From the NCBI RefSeq assembly GCF_000143415.4, contig NW_003314286.1, positions 62,001-126,000 on the forward strand: a stretch of DNA of 64,000 nucleotides, written 5' to 3'. A program made the position numbers and the translations under genes. Below the pieces are notes generated by a model, which was given only the letters and a program-made list of their open reading frames with translations, ran no database searches and had not been told where the DNA came from. The stretch is from Selaginella moellendorffii (lineage: Eukaryota > Plantae > Lycopodiophyta). Of this stretch, positions 1-13,217 are shown piece by piece (position 1 is the stretch's first letter; every line of letters begins with the position of its first letter).

Positions 1-3000
1 ACCTGGAAAAGAAAAATCTCGCGAGCTCGCAAGAGGAAAACGCAAAAATATCCACCTGTGGATCAACGTTTTGAGCTTGCTCGCCACCCTGCAAAACGTA
101 CTGGCCAGCAACTCCAGCTCTGTTTGTACCATCAGCGAGGACTTCGCCAAATCTCACGACATATTGCCCAGCATCTGTGAAGAACTGCATTCCAAGCAGT
201 GAGATACTTGCTGGTCTGGAATTATCACACCATACCTCGTAGCCAAATCCAGCTGTAACTTCACAGCTGGGTCTGCTAAAAGCCAGCTGCAGTCACAGTG
301 AGGGCCAAGTCATTCTAGCTTAATGTTTGATTTTTTTGCTTATGCCACAACCAGCTATGGCAAGCAATGGACAAACTTGGAGCTCATGTGCATCTATAGC
401 AGTGTTGTGAAAGGTTTTGAGGTCTCAAAGCTGAGGATCTTGGAGGATGCCAAGGAGCTAATCGATGCTATACCAGTCTTTCTAGATCACATCTCACTCC
501 TTGCTTCTTGCAAAGTCCATATTGTAGCTGCAATGGATAAAGCAGCAAACAGCAAACAATTTTTTTGTTTTACCGAGTTTCGATTACTACATGTGATAAA
601 AATGTTAATAAGAACTAGCTGAATTAATCAGCTTTATAAATCCACATACAAACCCTGCTTCGAAAGATTATTGTATAAACCAAGATAATAAGACAACCAA
701 AGAAACAAAGATATGAAAATACATAGAAATGCAAACATATGTCTGTTAAATAAATGCTTATACTAGATGAAACCATAGTGCAATTTCACAAATTCTAAGA
801 TTTGAGAATCAAGAAATTTGACATTTTATTTTTTATGGTAACTAGTAAAAACATTTTTAATATGAATGAAATAACCACCACATTATGCGAAGAATGTTGT
901 GGTTGAAGCTGGCATTGTGGTGGATGTTTAAAACAAAAAGTAGTACGAAAAACATCTTTATAGGATTTTAAAATTTTGTTACAACATTATAATCATTGAA
1001 TGGTTTGCATATGTCATTCCCCAGCAAGGTTACATTTAAGATTGAAATTTCATAGTTTTATTTATTGCTAAAAAATGAGGTATGAGATTTTTAAATTAAA
1101 ATCATATAGTTTTTATAATGGTTTTAAAGTGTAATAGGATATTTATCAACCAAAGTTTTATACTAAGATTGTAGAATATAATGATGAATCTAATGAGAGT
1201 TACAGTGGTGAAAATAAGCATACAAGAAATATTGAGGTATTTCAATATTTTCATGAATTAGCTATATATATAATATGTGAATTTGCAAAATACTATGAAG
1301 GCTATAATACTAAAGGAATAAATAGAATAATATGCCAAAGAAATTGATGAACATATGAGGCTAGTGTAAATGATACAGGACAAACAAGATATTACTTTTA
1401 AGTTTAATATATTTTTTGAATTAATAAAAAAATTGTAAAAAATATGTAACTTTAATTTGTGAGCTATAAGGAACTATATATTGATCAAGCCATTGTTCTG
1501 CTAAAAAAATCATCTATGGCTTTAGAAAAATCTGATGTATAAATTTATATAATTTTCAATGTAAATTTAAAATATGTGATTTCTATGTAAGCTGTTATAA
1601 AAGACATCAATACAATTGTAATGTAGTATTCTAAAATTCATGTTATATGCTAGCATGTATTTGGTAGATCAAGAAGTAAATATTTATATCACTTTCAATA
1701 CAATTGAAAACTAAAGATTTTTATATTGTATAGATTGTTATAAAAAGCAAACCTAAATATAGTATAAGGTAAATTATTGTAAGGTTTTAAATATTTTATT
1801 ATATAATTTCTTTTTAAATTCATATAAAAAATAATTTAGAAAGTGATGTTAATGCTGGTGTTATGTGAAGGACATAACAATTTACCTGTATAGTAAAGAA
1901 TAAGGTGAACAAATATTTTCTAGCCCAGTTAAATATATTTTAAGTATAATGAATACAATATATTGTAGTATAATGAAAAACAAAGGATGAGCTTCCACTA
2001 AATAAGATTAAATATTTTCTAAAGGGTGAGATGAGTATTTTATTTTTCATTTGATCTATAGTAATTTGTATAATTAATTTAATTTTTGTGTAAGAAGCCA
2101 AGATTTAAATTTTGGATATAGATATTGTAAAAGGCATTATGAAGTTATTTATTGGAAAGAAGGCTACCTTTCAAAATATCAAAGGGTTTTACAAGATTAA
2201 AAACAAGTTCTATCAATTGTTTAATGAAATAAAAACTAAAACAAAAAAAGTTTTAAAATATATTGCTAAACATATTTTAAAAGTTGGGTATTTAGATGGT
2301 ATTTTTGGAAGCATGGGTAACTAATACTTAGGATTAAAGTATATTAACCATTCAAGAAATTGATAGATTTGATAAGATATATGGAGATATGTAAAAACTA
2401 TATAGCTAAATAGAATCACAAATACATGTAAAACTGTAAATAAAACTATATGAATATTTTTCTAAACTATATAAAAATATATATTTTGAATTTTGTAAAT
2501 GACTATATAATAAACCATATCTTAAACACATATACATTTGTTTATTAAAAACTATATTACCATAAGAAAAAATTATATGTAGTATTTGGATAAAATTGAC
2601 TAACATCTTTATTAAAAACCATACATATTTGTCATGCTAATACTTAAAACCATTAAAAAACTATTTCAAACCTTATACAATAAAATCATATACCAAACTA
2701 GATGATGTAATTTTGTCCCATAGCTGTGTATTAATAAATGTACTGGAATTATTTAAGTGAGACTCCAAGCATGTAATGAAGTAATAGAACTACTATGAAT
2801 TTTAACATTTTTGAAACATACACATATCTAGATTTAATTAGATGAGTTTTTATAATGTCCATTTTTGTTTTTTACAACATATTGATTATATGGACTATGA
2901 GGTCAATCTATGAAGACAAACAGCTAGTAGTTATTTTAATTTTTCAGAAAACATGGAAAGAATAATTGCTAAAGTAGCTGTTTGTCAACTGTCATCCTCC

Positions 3001-3041
3001 TGGAGTAAGCCGGAGTGGAGTTTGAAGCCATAGGTGAGAAT

Positions 3042-3536
3042 TGTCAGGAATCCCCTAATTCTTGCCACATTCCTAACTCTCGCCAGATTCCTGACCTGCA
3101 GACCACATTCCTGACTCTCGAGACACTTCCCTATTCCTGACTCTCGAGACACTTCCCGATTCCTAAGTCTCAAGCCACATTCCTGATGATGATGTGGCGC
3201 CTCCTCGACCTCAGCTATATTTAGGCCGTCCTCGATCCAAGAGTGGTGGAGCTTCATCAACCTATAGTATATATAGGTTAGCTTTGTTCCATTTCTCCAC
3301 AATCTGAATCAACGCCAGTCTAAGGCCTCTTCTTTCCTCGACCTCAGCTATATTTAGGCCGTCCTCGATCCAAGAGTGGTGGAGCTTCATCAACCTATAG
3401 TATATATAGGTTAGCTTTATTCCATTTCTCCACAATCTGAATCAACGCCAGTCTAAGGCCTCTTCTTTTGTTTCCACTAGCTTTTCTCTCTGTCTTTTTG
3501 CATTTTCCAGTCTTGATCTTGTCAGGGGTCTTGACA
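3042..3536 (+). repeat. 5' LTR of the Gypsy element
   Basis: Near-identical to 8015-8535. Contains 26-bp repeats and a ~131-bp tandem duplication. Confidence 0.92.
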
Positions 3537-3930
3537 AGAATCTGGTACAATCTGGAGCTGCCAGAGGACAAATTTGGTGTTTAAGAGATATTCTGGAGGA
3601 ATAAGGCAGTTACAAGGAAGAGGATTCGGAGGAGAGTGGAAGGGTCGTGATGGCAAAACAGAGAGTAAGGAGGGATCCAGTCGCAGACAGGGTGACACGG
3701 AATTCACATGTGAGGTGAGCGGTCGAGCAACTCAATATAAATCAGGAGCAGACAGTGGTTACTACCTGTCCGACATGTGGCCAGATTTGGTACCGTGCCA
3801 TGCGAGAGATACTGGAGGAGCTCTTGAATCCAGAGATTACTGAGCCTACAGCGACCTGATGTATTCTTTTCTTTGATGAATAAAGGAGAGGTCGCAGTTT
3901 TCTCTTGCTTGGGTTTTTCTAGGACTACAA

Positions 3931-4272
3931 ATTTGGTGCAACAATCGTCTCTTTGAACGTCGTCAGGAAAGTCGCCGCGCCGCTGTTTTTCCGTCCCAGA
4001 CTCAGGAATCCCAGCTTGAGTCTTCGGGGCATACTCCTGAACCTACTGCTTCGGTTCCGATGGATATTTCTGGTACTCCCCGACTCATTAGAGGGAAGTT
4101 GAGTCCTGTTGAGAAGCAACGTCGAATATCTCATAATCTTTGCCTCTATTGTGCTGATCCTAATCACAAAGCAGCTGTATGTCCCAAGAAGCCTCCTCAA
4201 CTGCTCAAGTTCACTCTGCCTCAAAGTCCACCTCTATTGCAGTCGGGAAACGACCCTGTCCAAACAGAGTAG
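3931..4272 (+). pseudogene. gag: 3' remnant of gag (zinc knuckle)
   Basis: IWCNNRLFERRQE...PMDI...CLYCADPNHKAAVC (CX2CX4HX4C). The 5' part of gag is missing. Confidence 0.85.
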
Positions 4273-7200
4273 GAGCTGTCTGTTTGGACTCCCCGAATAA
4301 AAATCACTTTTCTTCTTTATCAAGCTCCTCACCACCTTTCATCAAAGCCACCACCAATTCCCGCAACTTCCGTGTCCCATGTCTCCTTTCTTTCACCGGA
4401 CAATCAGGACTCAAGGCTCTGGCATTACTGGACTCGGGTGCAACTTCCTGCTTCATGGACACGGACTTTGCTGCCCGACATCACGTTCCTCTTTCTCCTA
4501 CCATACGGGATTTGAGGGTTGAAGGCATCGGCGGGCATTTTGTGTCTCCATCTTCTGGACTTAGGGAAACGTTGCCCATTCGAGTACACATCGGGTCCAC
4601 CGTCACCGATATCGCCTTCAACATCATCAACAGCAAGTCCTCCTCTGTGGTGCTCGGTCTTCCTTGGTTCCAACTACATTAGCCTCAGATCTGTTGGAAG
4701 GAATTACAGCTCATCTCTCCCACGGCTTCCCCTGCTGTTCATCATGTCCGAATCAGGAAAAGTTCCCTAAACTCAAATCGGGGTTCTGTTCCTGACTCTA
4801 TAAAGTTTTCACCCTCTTCTTTTTCCTCTCTTCCATCTTACACTGGACCGTATCCTCGTCTCATCATTCCATTTAGTCGTACGCCTCCTCCTATCTCCAC
4901 AATCACTATGAAAGAACTCCTTCATGAAGAACCTCTTTTTCTTTTTGCTTTGCATGTTTCTCTTGTCAGTCTTCCTGAGAAGTATCATGATTTTGGGGAT
5001 GTGTTTGACAAGAAAAAAGCTAGTGTACTGCCTGTTCATCGGCCTTATGATTGTCCCATTGATTTACAGGAAAGAGCGTCACCTCCATGGGGGCTTATCT
5101 ACGGGTTATCCCCGTTCGAGCTTAAGGCCCTCAAAGAGTACGTGGATGAGAACCTTGCCTCAGGCTACATTCAGCATTCGCAGTCCCTGGCTGGAGCACC
5201 TGTCTTCTTTGTCAAGAAGAAGGATGGGAGCTTGCGGCTAGTCATCGACTACCGAGGTTTGAACAAGGTGACTGTTCGGAACCGTTATCTGCTGCCCCTG
5301 ATCTCGGACCTGTTGGAATGCCTCGGCGGTGCCCGCTTCTTCACCAAGATCGACCTCCGTGGAGCATACAACCTGATCCGGATCCGGCCTGGTGATGAAT
5401 GGAAGACTGCGTTCCGAACCCGCTATGGCCACTTCGAGTACACTGTCATGCCATTTGGCTTGACAAATGCTCCAGCAGTTTTCCAACACATGGCGAATGA
5501 CGTCTTTCAGGAGTTTCTTGATCAGATGGTGATCGTCTACCTTGATGACATCCTCATCTACTCAAAAACTCAGGAGGAGCATGACGAACATGTACGCAAG
5601 GTGCTAGCGAAGCTGCGAGAACACGGCCTATATGCAAAGCTTGAGAAATGTTCCTTTGATCAGCAGTCTGTGGAGTTCCTTGGGTACTTTGTCACTCCTA
5701 AGGGTATCACGATGGATCCTACCAAAGTCAAGACTATTCTCGAATGGGAGCCTCCACAATAAATGTCGAACGTTCAGGTTTTCCTTGGCTTTGCCAACTT
5801 CTACCACAAATTCATTGATCATTACTCTGACATTGTCCTTCCTCTCACACATCTCACTTGCAAGGATGTTCCCTTCTCTTGGTCTGCTGCTGCCCAGCAG
5901 GCCTTCGACACACTCAAGGCGGCTTTTAGTTCTGCTCCTGTCTTGATCCATGCTGATTCCTCACAACCTTTCTTCATCGAGGCTGACGCCTCCGACTTTG
6001 CCATTGGTGCTGTGCTGTCTCAACTTGGAGCGGATCACAAACTTCATCCGGTCGCTTTCCATTCTCGGAAATTCCAGCCTGCAGAGATCAATTACGAAAT
6101 CCACGACAAGGAGCTCCTTGCCATCGTGGATTCCTTTGGAGAGTGGCGCCGTTTCTTGGAGGGGGCGAGCCATCAAACAACAGTCTGGACGGATCACAAA
6201 AATCTTGAGTACTTTGCCACTTCTCGAGTTTTAAGCTGTCGTCAAGCAAGGTGGGCACAATTCCTGAGTCGGTTTGACTTTGTTATCAAGTACAGACCTG
6301 GAAAGTTTCAAGGCCTTCCTGATGCTCTTTCAAGGCGCTCCTATCTCAGTCTCAGGCCTGGTAATCCTGCCTTCGATCAACAGGATCAAGTTATCCTCGG
6401 TCCTGATCAGCTTCAAGTTATGGCAATTTCCCTGGCCCCTCAGGACTCCTCCTTGATGGATGCAATCAGAAACGATCTTCAATCTGATGATCTCGCTAGC
6501 GACATCTTCCCCCATCTTCAGGCTGGACACCCAGTGACTCCCGACTGCCGGCGATTTGACGAGTTCGAGTTCTTAGATGGCTTATTGTACCGTGGGGAGC
6601 AGCTTTACGTTCCTGAAGGTGATGCTCGAAGGTTGGTCCTGATGGCGTGCCACGATAGCTCGACTGCTGGTCACTTCGGCATTGTGAAAACCTATGAGCT
6701 AGTTGCACGGGACTTTTGGTGGCCTCACATGGACGACTACATCAAAGCTTTTGTTACCTCCTGTGACACTTGTGCCCGGAATAAGGTACCTCGCCACCTT
6801 CCTTCAGGTTTGCTTCGTTCCCTTCCGGTCCCTTCAGGTCCTTGGGAATCCATCTCCATGGATTTCTTGAGTGATCTTCCGAGTTCTGGAGGCTTCAACA
6901 GCATTTTAGTCGTGGTGGATCGCTTCACAAAGATGGCGCACTTCTTGCCATGTACCAAGGAGTTTTCGGGCGAGGACATGGCAAAACTGGTATTCAGGGA
7001 AATTTTCCGACTTCATGGGATTCCTACAGATGTGGTTTCGGATCGGGGGCCTCAATTCATTTCTCATTTCTGGCAACGGTTTTTGCAGCTGCTTGGAGTG
7101 AAGGCCAACCTCTCTTCGGCATATCATCCTCAAACTGATGGGCAGTCCTAGCGAACGATTCAGACGTTGGAACAATTCTTGAGGTGCTTCATCAACTATC

Positions 7201-8003
7201 ATCAGGATAACTGGTTCGATATCCTTCCCCTTGCTGAGTTCTCCTATAACAACTCTGTTCACTCCTCTCTTCGAGTTTCCCCCTTCTTTGCGAACTCTGG
7301 CTGAAATCCCCGATTCAATCTCTCACTTCCTTCTCCATCTGAATCCTCTCGTTCAAATCCCCGCTCTGAGGCATTTATCTCCAACCTCCAGGAAATCCAC
7401 AACTCCATCTCCTTCCACCTCTATCGTGCTCAGGAATCTCATAAAACATTTGCCAATGTCCATCGTCAGGATTGTCCCCCTTACAATATCGGGGATAAAG
7501 TCTGGCTCCTCAGGCGAAATATCTCCACCACCAGGCCTTGTCCAAAACTCGATTTCAAACACCTTGGTCCTTTCCCTATCACTGCCATCATTAATCCTGT
7601 GACTTATCGCCTTGCACTTCCCTCCTCATATCAAATTCACCCCGTTTTTCACTCCTCTCTCCTTGAGCCTTATATTCCCAGTCCTATTCCAAATCAGGTC
7701 ATTCCTCTGCCTCCACCAGTGCAGCTCGAGGATGGGTCTGAGTACGAGGTTCAAGACATCCTTGATTCCAAGATTTCACGGTCTAAACTCTACTATCTGG
7801 TGGACTGGAAGGGTTACAGACCTGAGGAACGCACTTGGGAACCTGCAGACAACCTGATTCATTCTCCTGACCTTGTTCAGGACTTCCACCGCCGCTATCC
7901 TTCTCGTCCCAGTCCTCATTCTTTTTCTCCATCTCCCATCCCTCGCCGCTCATCTCATCCTCCTCTTTGTTCTTGTTCACATCCTCGTTCCACTCGTTCT
8001 TGA
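4245..8003 (+). pseudogene. pol: pol polyprotein (PR, RT, RNase H, integrase, chromodomain) with in-frame stops
   Basis: LLDSGAT, YLDD, EADASDFAIGAVL, HDSSTAGH..CDTC, SDRGPQF, EYEVQDILDS..YYLVDWKGY..TWEP, all in one frame. Stops at 4680, 5760, 7149 and about 7302. Confidence 0.95.
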
Positions 8004-8014
8004 GGAGGGGGTGT

Positions 8015-8535
8015 TGTCAAGAATCCCCCAATTCTTGCCACATTCCTAACTCTCACCGGATTCCTGACCTACAGACCACATTCCTGACTCTCGAGACACT
8101 TCCCTATTCCTGACTCTCAAGACACTTCCCTATTCCTGAATCTCGAGACACTTCCCGATTCCTGAGTCTCAAGCCACATTCCTGATAATGATGTGGCGCC
8201 TCCTCGACCTCAGCTATATTTAGGCCGTCCTCGATCCAAGAGTGGTGGAGCTTCATCAACCTATAGTATATATAGGTTAGCCTTGTTCCATTTCTCCACA
8301 ATCTGAATCAATGCCAGTCTAAGGCCTCTTCTTTCCTTGACCTCAGCTATATTTAGGCCGTCTTCGATCCAAGAGTGGTGGAGCTTCATCAACCTATAGT
8401 ATATATAGGTTAGCCTTGTTCCATTTCTCCACAATCTGAATCAACACCAGTCTAAGGCCTCTTCTTTTGTTTCCACTAGCTTTTCTCTCTGTCTTTTTGC
8501 ATTTTCCAGTCTTGATCTTGTCAAGGGTCTTGACA
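8015..8535 (+). repeat. 3' LTR of the Gypsy element
   Basis: Follows the PPT. Has one more 26-bp unit than the 5' LTR. Confidence 0.92.
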
Positions 8536-9678
8536 AGAATCTGGTACAATCTGGAGCTGCCAGAGGACAAATTTGGTGTTTAAGAGATATTCTGGAGGAA
8601 TAAGGCAGTTACAAGGAAGAGGATTCGGAGGAGAGTGGAAGGGTCGTGATGGCAAAACAGAGAGTAAGGAGGGATCCAGTCGCAGACAGGGTGACACGGA
8701 ATTCGCGTGTGAGGCGAGCGGTCGAGCAACTCAATATAAATCAGGAGCAGACAGTGGTTACTACCTGTCCGACATGCGGCCAGATTTGGTACCGTGCTAT
8801 GCGAGAGATACTGGAGGAGCTCTTGAATCCAGAGATTACTGAGCCTACAGCGACCTGATGTATTCTTTTCTTTGATGAATAAAGGAGAGGTCGCAGTTTT
8901 CTCTTGCTTGGGGTTTTCTAGGACTACATCAACATTTTGTTGGTAGCCTCAAAAACCTCTTGAAGTCCTTGCAATAGTCATATATCATCCAATTGTCTTT
9001 GACCCATTGAAGCTTGTGCGTGGTATCCTCATCCTTAACCAAAAACATCAAACTTTCCCACCACTGTCGCAGGGATATGTACGGGCACTATAGTAGTCCA
9101 TGTTAACTCCAGGGCTCAACCTTCAACAGACTATGTATAAAGTACAACATATCTACCAAATAAAATTTATATTTCATCTAAAGAGAGTATGAACTAACAT
9201 CACGCTATCAATGAACTTGGTACGCCAGGTTTGATGACTGGCAGAGCTTGGACGATTGCTCCATTGAGCAGCAGCTCAACATCCAAGACAAGCAAAGACA
9301 TAGTAGTGCGAGAGGGCACGAGTCAGGGAGAGCTTGAGCTTGGCTGGATCTTTTGGTGATGGCAAGTAGGGCTGTGGAGTTGGCGACGCGGGTGTGACAT
9401 TGTAGATGTGAAGCAGGGGTATGGAAGCCATGATCACTACTTAGATTGATGGAAAACCATCCTCCCTTGATCGAACTCATACAAATGAGATGCATGCTCG
9501 AGGAGAAACTGCCTGTGCATAATTCCAAGTGCCGGTGACTTTGTTGCTATAATTCTGGTAGGGAACGATCATCAATAAGCTGCTTGATTGTCACAAAATT
9601 AGCGCTTCGTTGTTTAAGCTTTTCGAGAGAGCCACGCCATTAGACGAGCTCGCAAATAAAAGAAACGCAAGCTTGACA

Positions 9679-12600
9679 TTAGCTGGGGACGCTCTTGAGG
9701 GTTGGAACGTAGTATCCAGCCATGGAGCTCCCGTTGCTATACGAAGCCTGCTGCTGCTGGAGGTGCTGCTCCGAGTAGAGAGAGGATCGTTGTTTAGCCT
9801 TGACATGCCTCGGCGACTGGTGTGAGTAACTTGGCGATGCTGCGCTGCCACCTTCGTGAACTAGATATGTCGACACTCCCTGAGGCTTTGGAAGGCCAGT
9901 GGAGTCTTGAAACAGAGCCTGCCCGGGCCTGGAATGCGCGTCCGCGTCGGCTGGAAGCTCTTCCAGTGTCTGTGATCGAGGAAATAAAACTCAAACAAGC
10001 TGAAAAGGAAACGTGACAAAACACTTACCACTACCGCTTGCTGCAGCACCCGCAACACTTCCCTGCAATGCTTCCGCCGGCTTGCAATGTCGTCTCGTTC
10101 TTGGAGCATTTCTTCGAACAAAGCCTCCCTGTCGCATGAAAAGTTGAACTGCATCTTTGGAAGAAGTTCTGATTACCTGTACAGTTTCTTAATCAGAAGA
10201 TTGAGGAGTTCACGCTTGACATGGCCAACCTACAAACGTGCATGAGGCGAAGAACAGCAAGGTACAAAATAAAGCTCACCAGGAAATGCATGATTGCCTT
10301 GGGTACCGCATCTTGGATATTTTTCCTCACAATTTCGTAGTAGGACTTGAGCAACAATCGCGTCACTGCAACCTCGACTCTTTCCTGCTCTGTTTGAGCG
10401 TCAGTGGCTCTCAAAGTACCTGGCGGCTACATTGGACAGAGTAAACATTCATGCATGAAATATCGAAAACAGTGAGCACACCTCTTTGAGAATGATGGTG
10501 GAATATTTTGTTTCAAGGTCTTGTAATGGCTCGGGAAACGCTTTCACGATTACTGGGTCTTTGCTCTGTGCTTTCTCATGATGTCCGAATATAGAAGATA
10601 TACCCCACGTAGACGAGCTTTCCGTACCTTTGGATGAGACTGAGGATTTTCAAAGTAAGAAGACAAGCAGATTGCCTACCACCTTACCTGAAGGAACCGC
10701 AGGCTTGTCATGTTGCCCTGTGGTCGGACGCGCACTCTGAGTTACTAGTTTAGCTCAAAGCGAACAGTCACAGCAGCAAAAATACCTTAGGAAGCCGATC
10801 TGCACCAGACTCCTTCCACTCCAACGCATCCTGTCAGGATAGAAGCTAGAGCAATGCTATTTATCAGAATACATGTACCTTAGAACCACGTTGCTGTTGT
10901 AGGGCAGTCTCTACTGCCTTGCTACCACCAATAAAACGTGGATGTGAGGTGTTAATATAATCCATCTGAGAACGAAACCACAATAAATCAGCAATTTTGT
11001 ACAAACAAAGAAGAAAATACCTCCATGTCAACAAGGTGAGATATCATTGTCTCAGTTGGAGTAAGCCCCTCACGCAAACATGTAGATACAGCCTCTTCTA
11101 TTCGCCGTCGCAACACAGGAAACCTTTGCAATTCATTTGTCTCACATCTGTGTGACATCTGGAAGTATTGATCATCAGTACCGGTAAAGTAGCACTGAGC
11201 CTTACCTTCACAAGTTCGTCATATATAAAACGAGCACACTGCAGACTAGGATCTAACAATCGCTCAATCTGCCTTCTTACAAGAACTTCGAAAGGAACCT
11301 GGATAATGGGTCTAGCATCACAAATAATAAAGCTGAAGCTTCACTCACTTCTGGGACAAAGAGAATCATTTTTGGACCCGTGGCATTTTGAATAGCAGTG
11401 CGAATGTCTTCATCGGTGAGATCATCACAAGGATCAACTTCCTAGTGCAGAATGATATAAGTGACCAGCCTTGTGCATTAATCTTACCTCTAGACTTTTA
11501 ACAAAAATGGATTGAAAAATGTAGTGTATGCGAGCACCACCGGAGAGTTCAGAGGTCGACATTTCCTGATTTTTACCATCAATAACCGACGAAAAAACTG
11601 TAGAAACGCAGTTAAAAATGATATATCAACATTACAGAAAATACCATGAAAATATTTTGTAAGAGCATTTAGCAGCATAGCCCCCTGTCCGGACTGGAAA
11701 CGAAAATCGATTAGGTAGTGACAAAAAAATTTAAAGCCGGCTTACTTACTTTCGAATCTGTTGCTTCACCATAGCTTGTAAGCTCTTTCAACAATGCGAC
11801 CATTTGCGTGTTGATTCTTGTCTTTAATTCGGGAAGAACAGTCTTGATATGTTGCACCAAAATCTGCAAAAGACGTGAGCTTTCAAGTTAACCTTAACTG
11901 GTTCAAGTTCGTACTTGATTAAGCTTTTTCGCGAGTTGAGGGATGCCACATCTATCCAGAATGCTTTGGTACACCTGAAAAGTAAAGAGTTATTGATAAC
12001 AATGAAGATGAATCTCACCGCTCGACTTCGGAAAAAATGCTCTTCCGCAACAAGAGCATCCTTGATCGGTTTGTTGGCATAAATATCCTGCAACCATGCT
12101 TCATGTGAATTTTCAAACAAAAGAATGGCGAGCGAAAGACCTCTTGACTTCGATTGACCACGCCAACATAGCCTAGACGAAGTGGAATCACCGTTCCAAG
12201 AAGAATACTCCGCGCATCAGTCCCTCGATCCATTATATCTAGCTGCAAACAGAGGTGAATCCGAAAAGTTAAATGAGTACCTACCTTGGTGACGACTCCA
12301 ATCGTTCTAGATCCTAACAAGTCATCAAGGAGCATTACTCAAGCCATGAAACACAAGATTGAAAGCATACCATCCGGATCGACGAGTTTGGCCATTTGGA
12401 GCGAGTCTGAGTTCGAAAGATCAGTGTTTGCGGGCGAGACAGCAAGAATGATACACGTCGCATGCTTGATATACGACAGGATCATTGCTCTGATGCGACT
12501 TTCTATGTCCGAAGGCTGATCACCGACTGGAACTCTCGTCAACCCCGGGAGATCCACCAGCGTGATATTCAAAACATTGGGCGAAAAGATTTTCAGTCTG

Positions 12601-13118
12601 ATTTGCTTGTCGGACACTCCTTTCTTGTCACCAAGTTCTCGTTCTGTCTCGGCCTAACAAAACAGAAAAAAGAAAACAAATCTCATGAGCTCGCATCGCA
12701 ACGATAAACTTACCTGGATTTCCTTGCGAATGTGTGAGAAATCCGTGAATCTCCGTCCAGGGAGGTGCAAAAACTCCCCCCACTCCGAGACCTCGCGATC
12801 GTCCATTTTTCTTTGGACGTGAACAAGCTGCAAAACAAGTGGCCGCCGCGTACAAATGTCGGGACCTCGAGGAAGAAAATCTCGCCCGACGAGCGCTTCC
12901 ATGACGCTGGATTTACCGCTGCTCTGGCTCCCCACCACCGATACCTGCGGCAGATCCACAGTGGAGGGACTGCCCAGCTGCGCGAAGATATCCTGGAGCT
13001 TGTTCATGATCGGGATCACGGACTGGCCAAGAAATGCTGGAAGGGCGGTGGGATGTGGAGGCGATCCCGAGCATGGCGACCCAGGAGTGGAGCTGGAGGG
13101 AGTGGATCCCTGCGACAT
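9679..13118 (-). CDS. DRP3: Dynamin-related protein 3 (mitochondrial/peroxisomal fission), multi-exon
   Basis: [87 protein letters not shown] introns. Confidence 0.95.
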
Positions 13119-13217
13119 TGTGTCCCTACCTGGAGCCGCGAATCGCGATTGCGAAGAACCCTAGACTGTGACGAGCCGTTGGAACCCTAAATCTTTAAAC
13201 TTCAAATGTTAAACCTT

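Larger units (their letters stand above)
3042..8535 (+). mobile_element. Ty3/Gypsy chromovirus LTR retrotransposon (inactive)
   Basis: LTRs at 3042-3536 and 8015-8535 with TGTCA...TGACA ends. TSD AGAAT at 3037-3041 and 8536-8540. PPT GAGGAGGGGG at 8002-8011. PR-RT-RH-INT-chromodomain order. Confidence 0.95.
2990..8928 (+). mobile_element. Host solo LTR 'X' (TGTCATCC...GGACTACA) containing a nested Gypsy element
   Basis: TG/CA termini at 2990 and 8928. 5-bp TSD TCAAC at 2985-2989 and 8929-8933. TATAAAT and AATAAA lie in the right part (3542-3929 and 8541-8928). Confidence 0.8.
620..9200 (+). mobile_element. Decayed AT-rich DNA transposon relic, MULE/SWIM-like, interrupted by the LTR nest at 2990-8928
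   Basis: CpG-poor, very AT-rich sequence with stop-riddled frames. Remnants include TNIFIKNH and KLDDVIL. Removing the LTR nest rejoins DYEVNL*RQTASSYFNF...VAVCQHFVG, which resembles a SWIM CxCx(n)CxH motif. Boundaries approximate. Confidence 0.4.

Noticed and set aside
1-622. Possible gene fragment / 99-aa ORF at the window start
   Set aside because: No recognisable motif and truncated context.
3106-3165. 26-bp repeats resembling CRISPR repeats
   Set aside because: Head-to-tail with no spacers, inside a eukaryotic LTR.
3574-3843. 89-aa ORF repeated at 8573-8842
   Set aside because: It lies inside LTR X. The conservation reflects the duplication, and it has no recognisable domain.
3042-3929. 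A single ~890-bp LTR (3042-3929 / 8015-8928)
   Set aside because: Its flanks do not match (AGAAT vs TCAAC). The two TSD pairs resolve it into two different nested LTRs.
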